NCBI GenBank assembly: GCA_964512315.1
Contig: CAZEIK010000001.1
Span: 20,408-84,407 of the forward strand
DNA: 64,000 bases
Direction: 5' to 3'
DNA from: an uncultured Candidatus Saccharibacteria bacterium
Lineage (GTDB): Bacteria > Patescibacteriota > Minisyncoccia > Phycocordibacterales > UBA5272
The notes beneath the pieces are model-generated. The model saw only the letters and a program-made list of their open reading frames with translations. It was not told the DNA's origin and did not search any database. This document shows positions 39,968-49,209 of this stretch, piece after piece. The number at the start of each line of letters is the position of its first letter. The stretch's first letter is position 1. The position numbers and the translations under genes were made by a program.

Positions 39968-40465
39968 ATGAAAATATTATTCTGGTTATTTTTAATAACC
40001 GTTGTTTATATAATTTATAAAAAGCATTTTGTAAATTATGAAGATAAGATCACAAGCGATAAAGATATACCTATAGAAAAAAGACCTTTTGTATTTGATA
40101 TACAGTCAGAATTAGTGCTCTATAAGGTATTATTAGAAACATTTTCCGATAAGTATTTTGTAATGCCACAAATTGGTTACGAGAGATTGATAAAAGTAAA
40201 AGCAGGAGAAGATCGATACTTTAGAAATTTTTTTGATAAAAAAAGAGCTGATTTTGTATTGTGTGATATAGAGAGAGGCGTGGCTAAGCTTGTTATAGAG
40301 CTAGATGGACCAAGTCATGGTTCACAACAAAAAATTGATAGAGATGAAAAGGTTGATCAAATGATGGAAGCCATAAAGCTTCCTATACTTCATTTAACAA
40401 CAAATAACTTCGATAAAGAATACTTAAGACAAGAGGTTAATAAAAAAATATCTGAATATTTATAA
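39968..40465 (+). CDS. DUF2726/NERD-like domain protein with N-terminal TM anchor
   Basis: restriction-endonuclease-like core pattern (D...E.D...K); weak. Confidence 0.35.
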   Translation: MKILFWLFLITVVYIIYKKHFVNYEDKITSDKDIPIEKRPFVFDIQSELVLYKVLLETFSDKYFVMPQIGYERLIKVKAGEDRYFRNFFDKKRADFVLCDIERGVAKLVIELDGPSHGSQQKIDRDEKVDQMMEAIKLPILHLTTNNFDKEYLRQEVNKKISEYL

Positions 40466-40467
40466 TT

Positions 40468-41088
40468 TTATTTATTATTTATATTTATCATTAGATACAC
40501 CAACAAAGTAACTGCTAGGGTAGTTGTAAGCCAGACTACATTTCTATACAACGAGTCGCTGCCGTAAGTAAATATAAATGCAAAAGGGGTTATACCGATC
40601 AGCGTGGTTGCAGCATTCATTTTGTGCGTTACTTGTTTCGAGAATAATGCTAGTCCATATGACAGTACATCAACTGGGAATGTCATGCGTAAGAGTATTA
40701 ATTTCCAGAATACATTACCGCTACTTATCATCCGGTCTATATATAGATAATTCTTAAAAGAAGGGAATTTGGTTAGTAGTAGCTCGCTATAATGCCTACC
40801 AATAGCGAATGACCCCACAGACCCGATCCACCATCCGAGTATACACAGCACAGCTGCCCAGAATGGTCCGAATACAGCAGTACCAAGCGGTATGAACATC
40901 ATGTTTGTAAAAGATGGGAACACTACCGCAAGCGCCGCCAGCATTACAAACACCACACTTCCCATCGTGTGATGATTGATAACGTATCCGAGTACTTCAT
41001 CTTTTAAGTAGTAAGACAAAAGTAAACCAATACCAAAAATTAAAACACTTACTACAACTGGCTTAACAATAACTGAGCTCCACTTCAT
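40468..41088 (-). CDS. TVP38/TMEM64 (DedA-like) family membrane protein
   Basis: polytopic, conserved G-x-x-x-G/F-x-x-A-x-x-x-R pattern. Confidence 0.55.
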   Translation of the reverse strand: MKWSSVIVKPVVVSVLIFGIGLLLSYYLKDEVLGYVINHHTMGSVVFVMLAALAVVFPSFTNMMFIPLGTAVFGPFWAAVLCILGWWIGSVGSFAIGRHYSELLLTKFPSFKNYLYIDRMISSGNVFWKLILLRMTFPVDVLSYGLALFSKQVTHKMNAATTLIGITPFAFIFTYGSDSLYRNVVWLTTTLAVTLLVYLMININNK

Positions 41089-41121
41089 GTCTAGAGTATA
41101 CCCTAATAAAACTTTATTTTG

Positions 41122-41193
41122 TGATCCCAGGGGGAGTCGAACCCCCGTTAACGGATTGAAAACCCGTTGTCCTAACCATTAGACGATGGGACC
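41122..41193 (-). tRNA. tRNA-Glu (anticodon TTC)
   Basis: 72 nt; acceptor GGTCCCA/TGGGATC, T-arm GGTTCGACTCC, anticodon loop TTTTCAA. Confidence 0.8.
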
Positions 41194-41260
41194 TGAATAG
41201 GGTATATATTAACACATTTTATGTCTTTTGAAAATAGAAGCATTATAATTAAAATGGGAA

Positions 41261-42088
41261 CTAGTTCTCGATTTTGTTAAGGTAAGAGTTGATGTTAGAT
41301 AGGACTTTTTGAGTGTCGTTTATCTTGTTTACAATTGTCTGGGCGCTGGTAAAGAGGTCGCCAGTCCAAGAGAAAATAGCTAAGACACTACCGAGGCCTA
41401 TTCTGCCACGAAGGAATAGCGAGACGGCTATTATGAGTGATAAGTAACGGGTGAAGATTATCAATAGCTCGCGCCTGTGCCCGTGGGTAAGTCCGTAGCT
41501 GAGGGTTAGGGTGTGATATTTTAAGAAGTTAAGGCTTCGATGTTTCCAATTCTCTTCGTTCTTCTCTGCCATGTTGTTGTGTAGTGTTGCGAACTTTTTG
41601 ATCCAGAGTATTAATATGGCTATCTTTATCATACACAAGACTGCGATAAAAGGTGAGTAGTAGGATATAGCTAAGACAATAAGCGTTAGGTATGAGAGGC
41701 TGGGTAATATGTAGTTAAAGTAATTAGTCACCAGTAGGTTGATGCCTTGCTCACCTTTTAACTTGATAGTATCACTCGAGTCTAGATTCTTCTCTGAGAA
41801 GTTCTCCAAAAAAGTGTGTAGCTTAACTTCTAATTTCTTGAGGCTGTGAAGCTTCTGGAAAAGTTCAGCACGATTAAGTATAAGTGAGACTATAGGATAA
41901 GTGAGTAGCCACAAAACAACCATGTTAACGTCCTTGATGTATAGATTATTAATTATCTCAGAGAGGAGTAGGGTGAGTAGTATCTTAGATATTTGTATAC
42001 AAAAGTTAACCAAGAATTGAACATAGAAGTCCTTATGGAAGGGCTTGAGCATTCTCCAAATCTTATATATAAAAAACTTCTCTTTCAT
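41261..42088 (-). CDS. ABC exporter transmembrane domain only (NBD-less paralog of the 11029-12789 gene; possible pseudogene remnant)
   Basis: N-terminal 50 aa nearly colinear with the 11029 gene product (W-x-LKPFH-x-DFY-x-Q); ORF stops where the NBD would begin; no NBD remnant before tRNA-Glu. Confidence 0.5.
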   Translation of the reverse strand: MKEKFFIYKIWRMLKPFHKDFYVQFLVNFCIQISKILLTLLLSEIINNLYIKDVNMVVLWLLTYPIVSLILNRAELFQKLHSLKKLEVKLHTFLENFSEKNLDSSDTIKLKGEQGINLLVTNYFNYILPSLSYLTLIVLAISYYSPFIAVLCMIKIAILILWIKKFATLHNNMAEKNEENWKHRSLNFLKYHTLTLSYGLTHGHRRELLIIFTRYLSLIIAVSLFLRGRIGLGSVLAIFSWTGDLFTSAQTIVNKINDTQKVLSNINSYLNKIEN

Positions 42089-42146
42089 AAGTTGAGTTAA
42101 TTATAACAAAAACATATCATTTTGAATGATAGTTTTTGACAGGTGC

Positions 42147-43064
42147 CTATTTAGTACGAAGGTGTACGTATATATCCTCGATAGCACGCACAGCGTCACC
42201 TGAGGCTATATTGTTCTGATGATACAAAATATTAGTACAATCCCCAGCAGCCCAAACATTGTCTCCCGCTTGTTGTGTCCAAGGGTCTATTTTGACTCTG
42301 TTGCTGTCGTCGAGTGTGACTATGTCTTTACACCAGGCAGTGGCTGGTATCTGTCCAACCTCTACAAATATTCCAGATACTTCTAATTTGTTTACTTGCC
42401 CGTCAGAATCTCTGTAGCTGAGTGCGTTTACGAATTTGTCACCGTGTACTTCGGTTGGGACTGCATTTTCAATTAATTTGAATTTAGGATTTGATTTTAA
42501 TTTTTCAATTGTTATGGCGTCCGCTCTTGCGGCGCTCCTCGAGAGCAAGGTTACTGATTTACAATATGCAAGCAGTTGGGCAGCAGACTCGAATCCAGCA
42601 TTACCACCACCGACCACAACCACATCCATACCAGAGAAGAATGGCCCGTCACAACTAGCGCAATAAGTGAGGCCTTTGTGTTCGAATACATCCGCATTAA
42701 CGGCATCCAATTTTCTTCTCTGTGATCCGGTTGTTATAAGTAGGGCAGAAGAGGTGTATTCAGATCCATCTTCTAGTTTTATTTTGACTTGATTATTATC
42801 GCGAGATGCAGACGATACATATGAGCCATCTTTTATGTCGAGGAATTCACCTTTGTATTCCATTACGTGTTGCTTCAAGCTCTCGGCTAATTTTGCGCCA
42901 CTGATGTGCGGTGTACCTATCCAGTTTTGTATATCTTCTGAGACAGTACTTTGCCCGCCCCATTCCTTGAGAATGAGCAGTGTGCGTAGCTGCTTCCTGG
43001 CAGCATAAACAGCAGCAGATGTTCCTGCTGGCCCACCTCCAACAATAATTAAGTCATATGTCAT
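42147..43064 (-). CDS. trxB: thioredoxin reductase
   Basis: GGGPAG FAD motif, CASCDG redox-active disulfide, GGGNAG NADPH motif. Confidence 0.85.
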   Translation of the reverse strand: MTYDLIIVGGGPAGTSAAVYAARKQLRTLLILKEWGGQSTVSEDIQNWIGTPHISGAKLAESLKQHVMEYKGEFLDIKDGSYVSSASRDNNQVKIKLEDGSEYTSSALLITTGSQRRKLDAVNADVFEHKGLTYCASCDGPFFSGMDVVVVGGGNAGFESAAQLLAYCKSVTLLSRSAARADAITIEKLKSNPKFKLIENAVPTEVHGDKFVNALSYRDSDGQVNKLEVSGIFVEVGQIPATAWCKDIVTLDDSNRVKIDPWTQQAGDNVWAAGDCTNILYHQNNIASGDAVRAIEDIYVHLRTK

Positions 43065-43094
43065 AATTATATGATTATAACATATTAATATTTC

Positions 43095-43245
43095 TTATCC
43101 CCTTCCTATATATATATACATATATATACTGTATAAGATGAGATCGCCTGTTCGTGGATTCACTTTATTAGAGCTAATAGTAGTCATAGCTATTATAGGA
43201 GTATTGTCAGTAATAATAATACCGAGTTTTAGGACGGCGCTGGAT
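43095..43245 (+). repeat. copy 1 of a duplicated ~150-200 bp pilin promoter + 5' CDS cassette (TTATCCCCTTCC box, interrupted TA tract, first ~35 codons)
   Basis: ~85% nucleotide identity to 54880-55030. Confidence 0.7.
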
Positions 43246-43932
43246 AGGGCTAATGATACAAAGTTGAAACAGTTTGCTATCACATTAGATAAGAAGAATG
43301 ACATTATAAATAAATATGATTTTGAAGAGGGTTCAGGATTGTTGTCAAAAGATAGCAATGTATATCAACGAAACAATTTAACCCTCCCAGGTTCTGGTGT
43401 TACATTTAGTCAAAATACATATTCTAGTTCCTCGGCTTACTCTTTACTATTTGATGGTACTAGTTTTGTTACTTCTCAAAATAACCTACCCGTTATTGAT
43501 GGCAAGTCATTTTCGGTGTCGGTTTGGGTTAAAAAAACTCAATCTGACCCATTGAAGAAAACCTTATTTGGTAAATATTCTGGCCTTAATGGATTAGTAT
43601 TTGTTTTTAATAATAATATATTTGCAGTTGAGCGAGCAGGTTTTGTGTCTTGTTCATTGCCATATTCCAGTGATACAAATTGGCATCATTATGTTTTTTC
43701 TTTTAACTCTAATTCAAACATGGGGGTTATTTATGTTGATTCAAAAAAAGAAAATCAATGTAATATGGGAGGGGTGTATGTTGGTAACGATACTCAGCCA
43801 ATAATTTTGGGTCCTGCTATTAATGCTACTTATATGGATGATTTAAGGTTCTTTGATAAGGATATACTTTCCAGTGAAGTGCAGAAGTTATATGCCGAAG
43901 GGCTCAGTAGTGGCAAGTTTGCGAACAGGTAA
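43138..43932 (+). CDS. type IV pilin-like protein (prepilin cleavage/methylation N-terminus) fused to a LamG/concanavalin-like domain
   Basis: MRSPVRG|FTLLELIVVIAIIGVLS class III leader with Glu+5; C-terminal jelly-roll-like region shared with the 54926 paralog. Confidence 0.7.
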   Translation: MRSPVRGFTLLELIVVIAIIGVLSVIIIPSFRTALDRANDTKLKQFAITLDKKNDIINKYDFEEGSGLLSKDSNVYQRNNLTLPGSGVTFSQNTYSSSSAYSLLFDGTSFVTSQNNLPVIDGKSFSVSVWVKKTQSDPLKKTLFGKYSGLNGLVFVFNNNIFAVERAGFVSCSLPYSSDTNWHHYVFSFNSNSNMGVIYVDSKKENQCNMGGVYVGNDTQPIILGPAINATYMDDLRFFDKDILSSEVQKLYAEGLSSGKFANR

Positions 43933-43935
43933 AAT

Positions 43936-43972
43936 TAAAGTGCGGCCACGTAGTGACCCCGCACTTTAATTT
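43936..43972. terminator. bidirectional terminator between pilin gene and ftsZ
   Basis: AAAGTGCGG-loop-CCGCACTTT hairpin with flanking A/T runs. Confidence 0.6.
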
Positions 43973-43976
43973 CACC

Positions 43977-45215
43977 CTATTTCTTTCTTCTTTGTAAGAA
44001 TGGAGGCAGCGATCCCCAGTCATCATCTTCATCCTCATCAACATTAACCATTGGTTTGGTTTTTTTGTCTTCTGAGAATTTTTCAACTTTGCTCTCTTTC
44101 TCTTGTGTGTCACTTTCAGTCACTGAGTTGTCGATTCTATTCTCTGTATCTTTTTTAGAGATTGCATCACGAAGAGTTACCTCCTTCTCTAGTTTTGGTT
44201 CCGGTTTAGGAGTCTCCCTGTTGTAAAAAGTTTCTCTGTCTTCTGAGTGTTTGCGAGAAGTAGGGAAGCCAGTAGCTATTACAGTTACTTTTATCTCATC
44301 TTTTTTCAAAGTCTCATCATTGTAAATACCGTATATAATCTTGGCATCATTAGAAACAGATTCAGTAACAATACGAGAAGCGTCAGCAGTTTCGAGTAAT
44401 GTTAAGTCATCTGAGCCGAATATTACATATAGCAGTCCTGTTGCATTGTTGATTGATATATCCAAAAGCGGATTAGATATAGCGGCTGTGGCTGCGTCTG
44501 CTGCGCGACTCTCTCCAGCGGCACGCCCCATACCGAATAATGCTGTGCCAGAATCCTTGAGAATGCGTCTAATATCATTGAAGTCCAGATTCATGCGGCC
44601 CGATAGGCGTATAATCTCCGAGATGCCTTCTACGGCTTGTTTTAATATCTCGTCACACATCGCGAAGGCTTGTGTCACAGTAGTGTTCTTGTCTACAACA
44701 GATAATATTCTGTCATTCGGAATTGTGATGAGTGCATCAACCTCTTTCTCCAAATCCTCCAAACCTTTCTCAGCTAGACGCATACGTTGTGCACCTTCGA
44801 AGAAGAATGGCTTAGTAGCAACAGCAACAGTTAATATACCTTCATTTTTACAAATACTAGCAACAACAGGAGCGGCACCAGTGAATGTTCCTCCTCCGCA
44901 ACCTCCAGCAATGAATACCATGTCGGCACCCTTGATAGCCTCCATTATCTCCTCGCGAGTCTCTTCTGCTGATCTCTTGCCAACTTCTGGATCCATACCA
45001 GCCCCGAGGCCTCGTGTTAAGTTCTTGCCGATGTGAATTTTCTTCTCAGCTAGACAATTGTGAAGATCTTGAGTGTCTGTGTTTATAGCGATGAACTCAA
45101 CTCCTTTTATTTTTGAGTTAACCATGTGATTCAGTGCGTTCTTGCCTGATCCTCCTATGCCGATAACTTTTATATTTGCTGCTGTTTCTATTGTTGTACC
45201 TGTGATTTTAGCCAT
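43977..45215 (-). CDS. ftsZ: cell division GTPase FtsZ with long acidic C-terminal extension
   Basis: GGGTFTGAAP tubulin signature, T7 loop. Confidence 0.9.
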   Translation of the reverse strand: MAKITGTTIETAANIKVIGIGGSGKNALNHMVNSKIKGVEFIAINTDTQDLHNCLAEKKIHIGKNLTRGLGAGMDPEVGKRSAEETREEIMEAIKGADMVFIAGGCGGGTFTGAAPVVASICKNEGILTVAVATKPFFFEGAQRMRLAEKGLEDLEKEVDALITIPNDRILSVVDKNTTVTQAFAMCDEILKQAVEGISEIIRLSGRMNLDFNDIRRILKDSGTALFGMGRAAGESRAADAATAAISNPLLDISINNATGLLYVIFGSDDLTLLETADASRIVTESVSNDAKIIYGIYNDETLKKDEIKVTVIATGFPTSRKHSEDRETFYNRETPKPEPKLEKEVTLRDAISKKDTENRIDNSVTESDTQEKESKVEKFSEDKKTKPMVNVDEDEDDDWGSLPPFLQRRKK

Positions 45216-45287
45216 ACTTTTTAATGTGAGTAATGGGTTAAGTATAGCAAAGAAATATTTGTATAGCTAAGTTGACAAAGGTGTCTT

Positions 45288-46472
45288 TTATGGTAGAAAT
45301 CTCTTTATAAAATTAGATGTTTTTGCGAATCCTCTTTTAAGCAATGACATATATAGACCTCCCTCGGATATAGATTCAGCGAAAAATGTTAGGCCGTACA
45401 CACGGGCATATTTTATATCGTCTATGTAGAATCTCTCACTTGCGCGCAAGTTGCGTAGCGCATTACCAATAGGTAGCCTCAGGTCGAATCTAAAGTAGTG
45501 CTCAATCTTATTTAGAAGTGAGGTGCCTCCCAATAATACAACTCCAGCAGGCAATAATTCAGCGCGCATTATTCTCGCTAGTTCATCTGTGATTTTCATT
45601 GCCATGTCACTGACTCTGGCTTCTACTATTTCTTCATATCTTCTCTTTGAATATTCAGTGTCATTGTTACCGTGCTTGATCTCTTCCGCTATGTCTACTG
45701 GTACGCGTAGCCCTAATGCTATGTCACTAGTAATCTGTTCGCCGCCAGCTTTTATTATTGAGATTAATAGTGGCACACTGTTCTCATATACGCATATCGA
45801 TGTTGTGTCTGCACCTAGGTTAATGCTAGCCGAGCCTATTCTTTTTTCTCTTTTAGAAAGTGATACATATGCATCAGCAAGTGGGGCAGAGACGAGCATG
45901 TCTATGTCCAATCCTATTGAGTCGAATACTTCGTTAACTATTTGCTCTTGCTTGGAGTCGTCTGAGATTATTAGTATTTTACTTTCTATTTTAGAGCCGC
46001 GTAAACCTTCTGGGCTACCAACAACTTCTACACCATCTATCCAGTTTTTAATTGGTATAGCGTGTAATACGGTTTTGTTCTTGGCATTGTCGCATTTTTC
46101 TTTGGCTAGGTCTGTGAGCTTTTCTATATCTAAAAATGTAATCATGCCGTCTGCACGAGATACAAAAGTGTTAACTGTGGTAGTGCCAGAGCGCTGACCT
46201 ATTCCGCCGAGACCAACTATTGTCTGGCCCGGAATCTTTTTGTAATTCTTAGTAACTTTCTTACTTAGCTTTTGTAGTGAGTCTTTGAATAGATCTGGCT
46301 CTACAATGACTCCGCAAGATACACCAGCCGAAGGCTCCTCATAAGCATCCAATAGCAAGCCGTCATGTGTTGTAACTGCAGCACGCAAGAATGATGAACC
46401 AATATCAATACCGAGCCTCAAGTTCTCAGTAGACAATTCTTTTTTATTTGTAGAATTTTTTGGTAAGTTCAT
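45288..46472 (-). CDS. ftsA: FtsA-like actin-fold cell division protein
   Basis: LGIDIGSS phosphate-1 motif, located upstream of ftsZ. Confidence 0.7.
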   Translation of the reverse strand: MNLPKNSTNKKELSTENLRLGIDIGSSFLRAAVTTHDGLLLDAYEEPSAGVSCGVIVEPDLFKDSLQKLSKKVTKNYKKIPGQTIVGLGGIGQRSGTTTVNTFVSRADGMITFLDIEKLTDLAKEKCDNAKNKTVLHAIPIKNWIDGVEVVGSPEGLRGSKIESKILIISDDSKQEQIVNEVFDSIGLDIDMLVSAPLADAYVSLSKREKRIGSASINLGADTTSICVYENSVPLLISIIKAGGEQITSDIALGLRVPVDIAEEIKHGNNDTEYSKRRYEEIVEARVSDMAMKITDELARIMRAELLPAGVVLLGGTSLLNKIEHYFRFDLRLPIGNALRNLRASERFYIDDIKYARVYGLTFFAESISEGGLYMSLLKRGFAKTSNFIKRFLP

Positions 46473-46833
46473 CTTCTAGTTCTTCCATTCTACTACTATG
46501 ATCGTGTCCTTTCAAATGCAATATCCCGTGTACGACTAATAACGTGAGATATTTTTCATAATTCATATCAAAATCTTTGTATTGTTTTCTGGCTACACTT
46601 CTGCAAATATATATTTCGCCATTATTCTCATCTAGAGGGAAAGTTAATATGTTAGGAATATAATCTTTTTGTCTGTATGTTTTGTTCAGGTGCAGAGCTT
46701 TCTTTGGTCCTATAAAAATTAAGTTAAGGTTGAACTTTTTTCCTAAAATGTACTCTTTAATTTGCAAAACAGGCACATTTGGAATTGTGCCTGTTTCTGA
46801 AACTATTTCTACGTTGTGTAGAGACTTTCTCAT
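46444..46833 (-). CDS. ybeY: rRNA maturation endoribonuclease YbeY
   Basis: HGILHLKGHDH zinc motif. Confidence 0.8.
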   Translation of the reverse strand: MRKSLHNVEIVSETGTIPNVPVLQIKEYILGKKFNLNLIFIGPKKALHLNKTYRQKDYIPNILTFPLDENNGEIYICRSVARKQYKDFDMNYEKYLTLLVVHGILHLKGHDHSSRMEELEDELTKKFYK

Positions 46834-46835
46834 TC

Positions 46836-47072
46836 TTATTTCTTTTTCTTATCTAGAGACACTCCAAGTCTTTTTAGTTTTGCGTATTTTGCTGCTCCAG
46901 CTAATTTTTTCAATTTAGCGCGTTTAACTTTCAGTCCTGATATTTCACGCTCACTGTATCTTATGCTGCGAACACGAGGAAGAACTCCAGATTCTTGAAC
47001 CTTCTTCTGAAATCTGCGAAGCAGGCTTGCAGCTGGCTCTGTCTTGTTTTTATCTACTTTAACATTAATCAT
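46836..47072 (-). CDS. rpsU: 30S ribosomal protein S21
   Basis: LRRFQKKVQESGVL and basic C-terminus. Confidence 0.7.
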   Translation of the reverse strand: MINVKVDKNKTEPAASLLRRFQKKVQESGVLPRVRSIRYSEREISGLKVKRAKLKKLAGAAKYAKLKRLGVSLDKKKK

Positions 47073-47162
47073 TGTCATGCAGGGCATCATATCACATTTT
47101 AGAGGAATCGTAAAGCGCCGCCCCTCCGAGGCGGCGCTTTACGAAGTCACAAATATCGCCTT

Positions 47163-48467
47163 TTATTTAAGATTTTTGATGTACTCACAAAGCTTTTCTA
47201 TTTTAACTGTGTCTTGGCTGTGAGTTTTCATATTGCGAACTATGACAGTGTTATCCATCGCTTCTTTTTGGCCGAATATAACACAATAAGGTATATTCAT
47301 TTTTTCTGCTACAGCTAATTGTTGAGACAGGGAGTCCTTGGACAGTGACTGGTGTATTGGTATATGAGCCTTGCGAAGTATTTCTATTATTTTTAGAGAT
47401 TTGAGTTTAGCTTCGAATCCTAGTTGAATAAAGTACACTTTAGCTGGCTTCATTATACGAGGCATTAGCTTAGCGCATTCAGGGAATAGCATTATGCGAT
47501 CGAAACCAAGAGCTGTACCAACAGCGGGGACATCTTTTTTACTGCCTAGGTCTTTGGCTAAGTAATCATAGCGTCCCCCACCAGTTATAGTGATTTCTTT
47601 TTCATTACCTTTTTCGTCTACTTCTGTTTTGATTACTTCGAATACTGTGCGACTGTAATAGCTAAGACCACGCACTAGTCCTGGGTTAATACGATAAGGT
47701 ATATTCATCTCCTCGAGATATTGCAGAACCTCTTTGAAATGCTTGCGTGCATCAGAAGAGAGGAAAGATATAGATTGAGGTGCATTTTCTTTGTATGGCT
47801 GACATTCTTCTTTTTTACAGTCGAGCATACGTAGAGGGTTGGTCTTGATTCTCTCCTTACAATCGTCACACATATTAGATACGTTCTTCTTGTAATAATT
47901 AGTTAGCTCACGCAAATATTGTGGGCGTGTCTCTTTGTCACCCATAGAATTAATATCTATAGTTAAATCCTTGAATCCAAATTCTTCTAATATGTCATAC
48001 AAAGTTCTTATGACTAACGCATCAGCTACTGACTTCTGTGTACCTATTATCTCTATGTCGAATTGTCTAAATTCGCGAAGGCGTCCACGTTGAGGATTCT
48101 CATGGCGGAAAAGTGGGCCATATGAGTAGAGCAGTACTGGTTGAGGGAGGTTCTGCATACCATTCTCCATGTATGCACGCATAATGCTTGCGGTGTATTC
48201 TGGGCGCATTGCTACTTTGTCGCTACCTTTAACTGAGAATGAGTACATCTCCTTGTCTACAACGTCAGTTCCTTCTCCTATAGCTGAAGTAAAAGTGTCT
48301 AGTCGCTCTAGTGTTGGTGTCTCTATGGGGGTGAATCCATAATAAACAGCAACCTCTTGAGCTTTCTCAAACATTCCTTGGTATTGATAATAAACATCTC
48401 CTATCAAATCCTGTGTACCTTTTAATTTTATCGGGGCTTCTTTTTTGTTTTGCGTTTCTTTGCTCAT
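47163..48467 (-). CDS. hisS: histidyl-tRNA synthetase
   Basis: class II motifs, HisRS-specific boxes, anticodon-binding domain. Confidence 0.9.
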   Translation of the reverse strand: MSKETQNKKEAPIKLKGTQDLIGDVYYQYQGMFEKAQEVAVYYGFTPIETPTLERLDTFTSAIGEGTDVVDKEMYSFSVKGSDKVAMRPEYTASIMRAYMENGMQNLPQPVLLYSYGPLFRHENPQRGRLREFRQFDIEIIGTQKSVADALVIRTLYDILEEFGFKDLTIDINSMGDKETRPQYLRELTNYYKKNVSNMCDDCKERIKTNPLRMLDCKKEECQPYKENAPQSISFLSSDARKHFKEVLQYLEEMNIPYRINPGLVRGLSYYSRTVFEVIKTEVDEKGNEKEITITGGGRYDYLAKDLGSKKDVPAVGTALGFDRIMLFPECAKLMPRIMKPAKVYFIQLGFEAKLKSLKIIEILRKAHIPIHQSLSKDSLSQQLAVAEKMNIPYCVIFGQKEAMDNTVIVRNMKTHSQDTVKIEKLCEYIKNLK

Positions 48468-48487
48468 AATTAATTGATTTTCAGATT

Positions 48488-49183
48488 TTATTTTTCACTA
48501 GTATACGATATTTTTCCTGGCATTACATCAAGCACCGGGAATAGTTCCAAAATTACCTTTCCTGCTATTTGGTGACTGTGTACAGCACCCCAACTTCTCG
48601 AGTCATAACTACCATCTCTGTTATCTCCCATCACGAAGTATTCGTCGGGTAGTAATTGCTTTGATATATACTGATCAACTTTTTGATATTTGACGAATGA
48701 CTCATCTGGGTGAAGTGTTCCGTCAGGTGTGATTATTGTTGTGCTGGTGCCATCCACAATAATAGTGTCACCAGGAAGGCCTATTAGTCTTTTTATAAAG
48801 TATTTGCCATCTAAGTCGCTACCTTCTTTTTCAAACTTGAACACAACAACATCGCCACGATGTGGAGTACCTATTTTGTAAGACAGCTTATCTACTATAA
48901 GTAGATTGTTATTATAAAAAGTTGGTAGCATTGATGACCCGTCAACCAGGAATGGTTGTATGACGAAGACTTGTATAACTCGCACTATTAGTATTAGCCC
49001 AACTATCCAGCCTAGGAACTCTTTTGGGTCCTCGTCTGCATCTAGCAGTCTAATTAGTCTTAAAGCTTTTCTCCAACCTTCGCTCCATATTGATATTATT
49101 AAGCTGAGTATTAGCGCTCCTATTAAAAATATAAAAAATAGTGCCAAGGGGTTATCGGGTAGCTCAAAGAATTGTGAAAGCAT
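48488..49183 (-). CDS. lepB: signal peptidase I
   Basis: GSSMLPT Ser box, GDNR box, N-terminal TM. Confidence 0.8.
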   Translation of the reverse strand: MLSQFFELPDNPLALFFIFLIGALILSLIISIWSEGWRKALRLIRLLDADEDPKEFLGWIVGLILIVRVIQVFVIQPFLVDGSSMLPTFYNNNLLIVDKLSYKIGTPHRGDVVVFKFEKEGSDLDGKYFIKRLIGLPGDTIIVDGTSTTIITPDGTLHPDESFVKYQKVDQYISKQLLPDEYFVMGDNRDGSYDSRSWGAVHSHQIAGKVILELFPVLDVMPGKISYTSEK

Positions 49184-49209
49184 AATAGTATGAGTATACT
49201 ATACACAAG

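Noticed and set aside
44341-45036. Long antisense ORFs inside ftsZ (44341-45036), ftsA (45523-46197), dnaE (21693-22301) and the ABC-F gene (27113-28219)
   Set aside because: They lie entirely within well-supported genes on the opposite strand, have low-complexity Ser/Pro/Ile-rich translations and no motifs. They are typical shadow ORFs.
47108-47150. GC-rich hairpin CGTAAAGCGCCGCC-CCTCCGA-GGCGGCGCTTTACG between rpsU and hisS as a terminator
   Set aside because: It is a perfect 14 bp inverted repeat but lacks a U-tract on either strand, so I did not call it an intrinsic terminator. It may be an RNA processing or stability element within the hisS-rpsU transcript.
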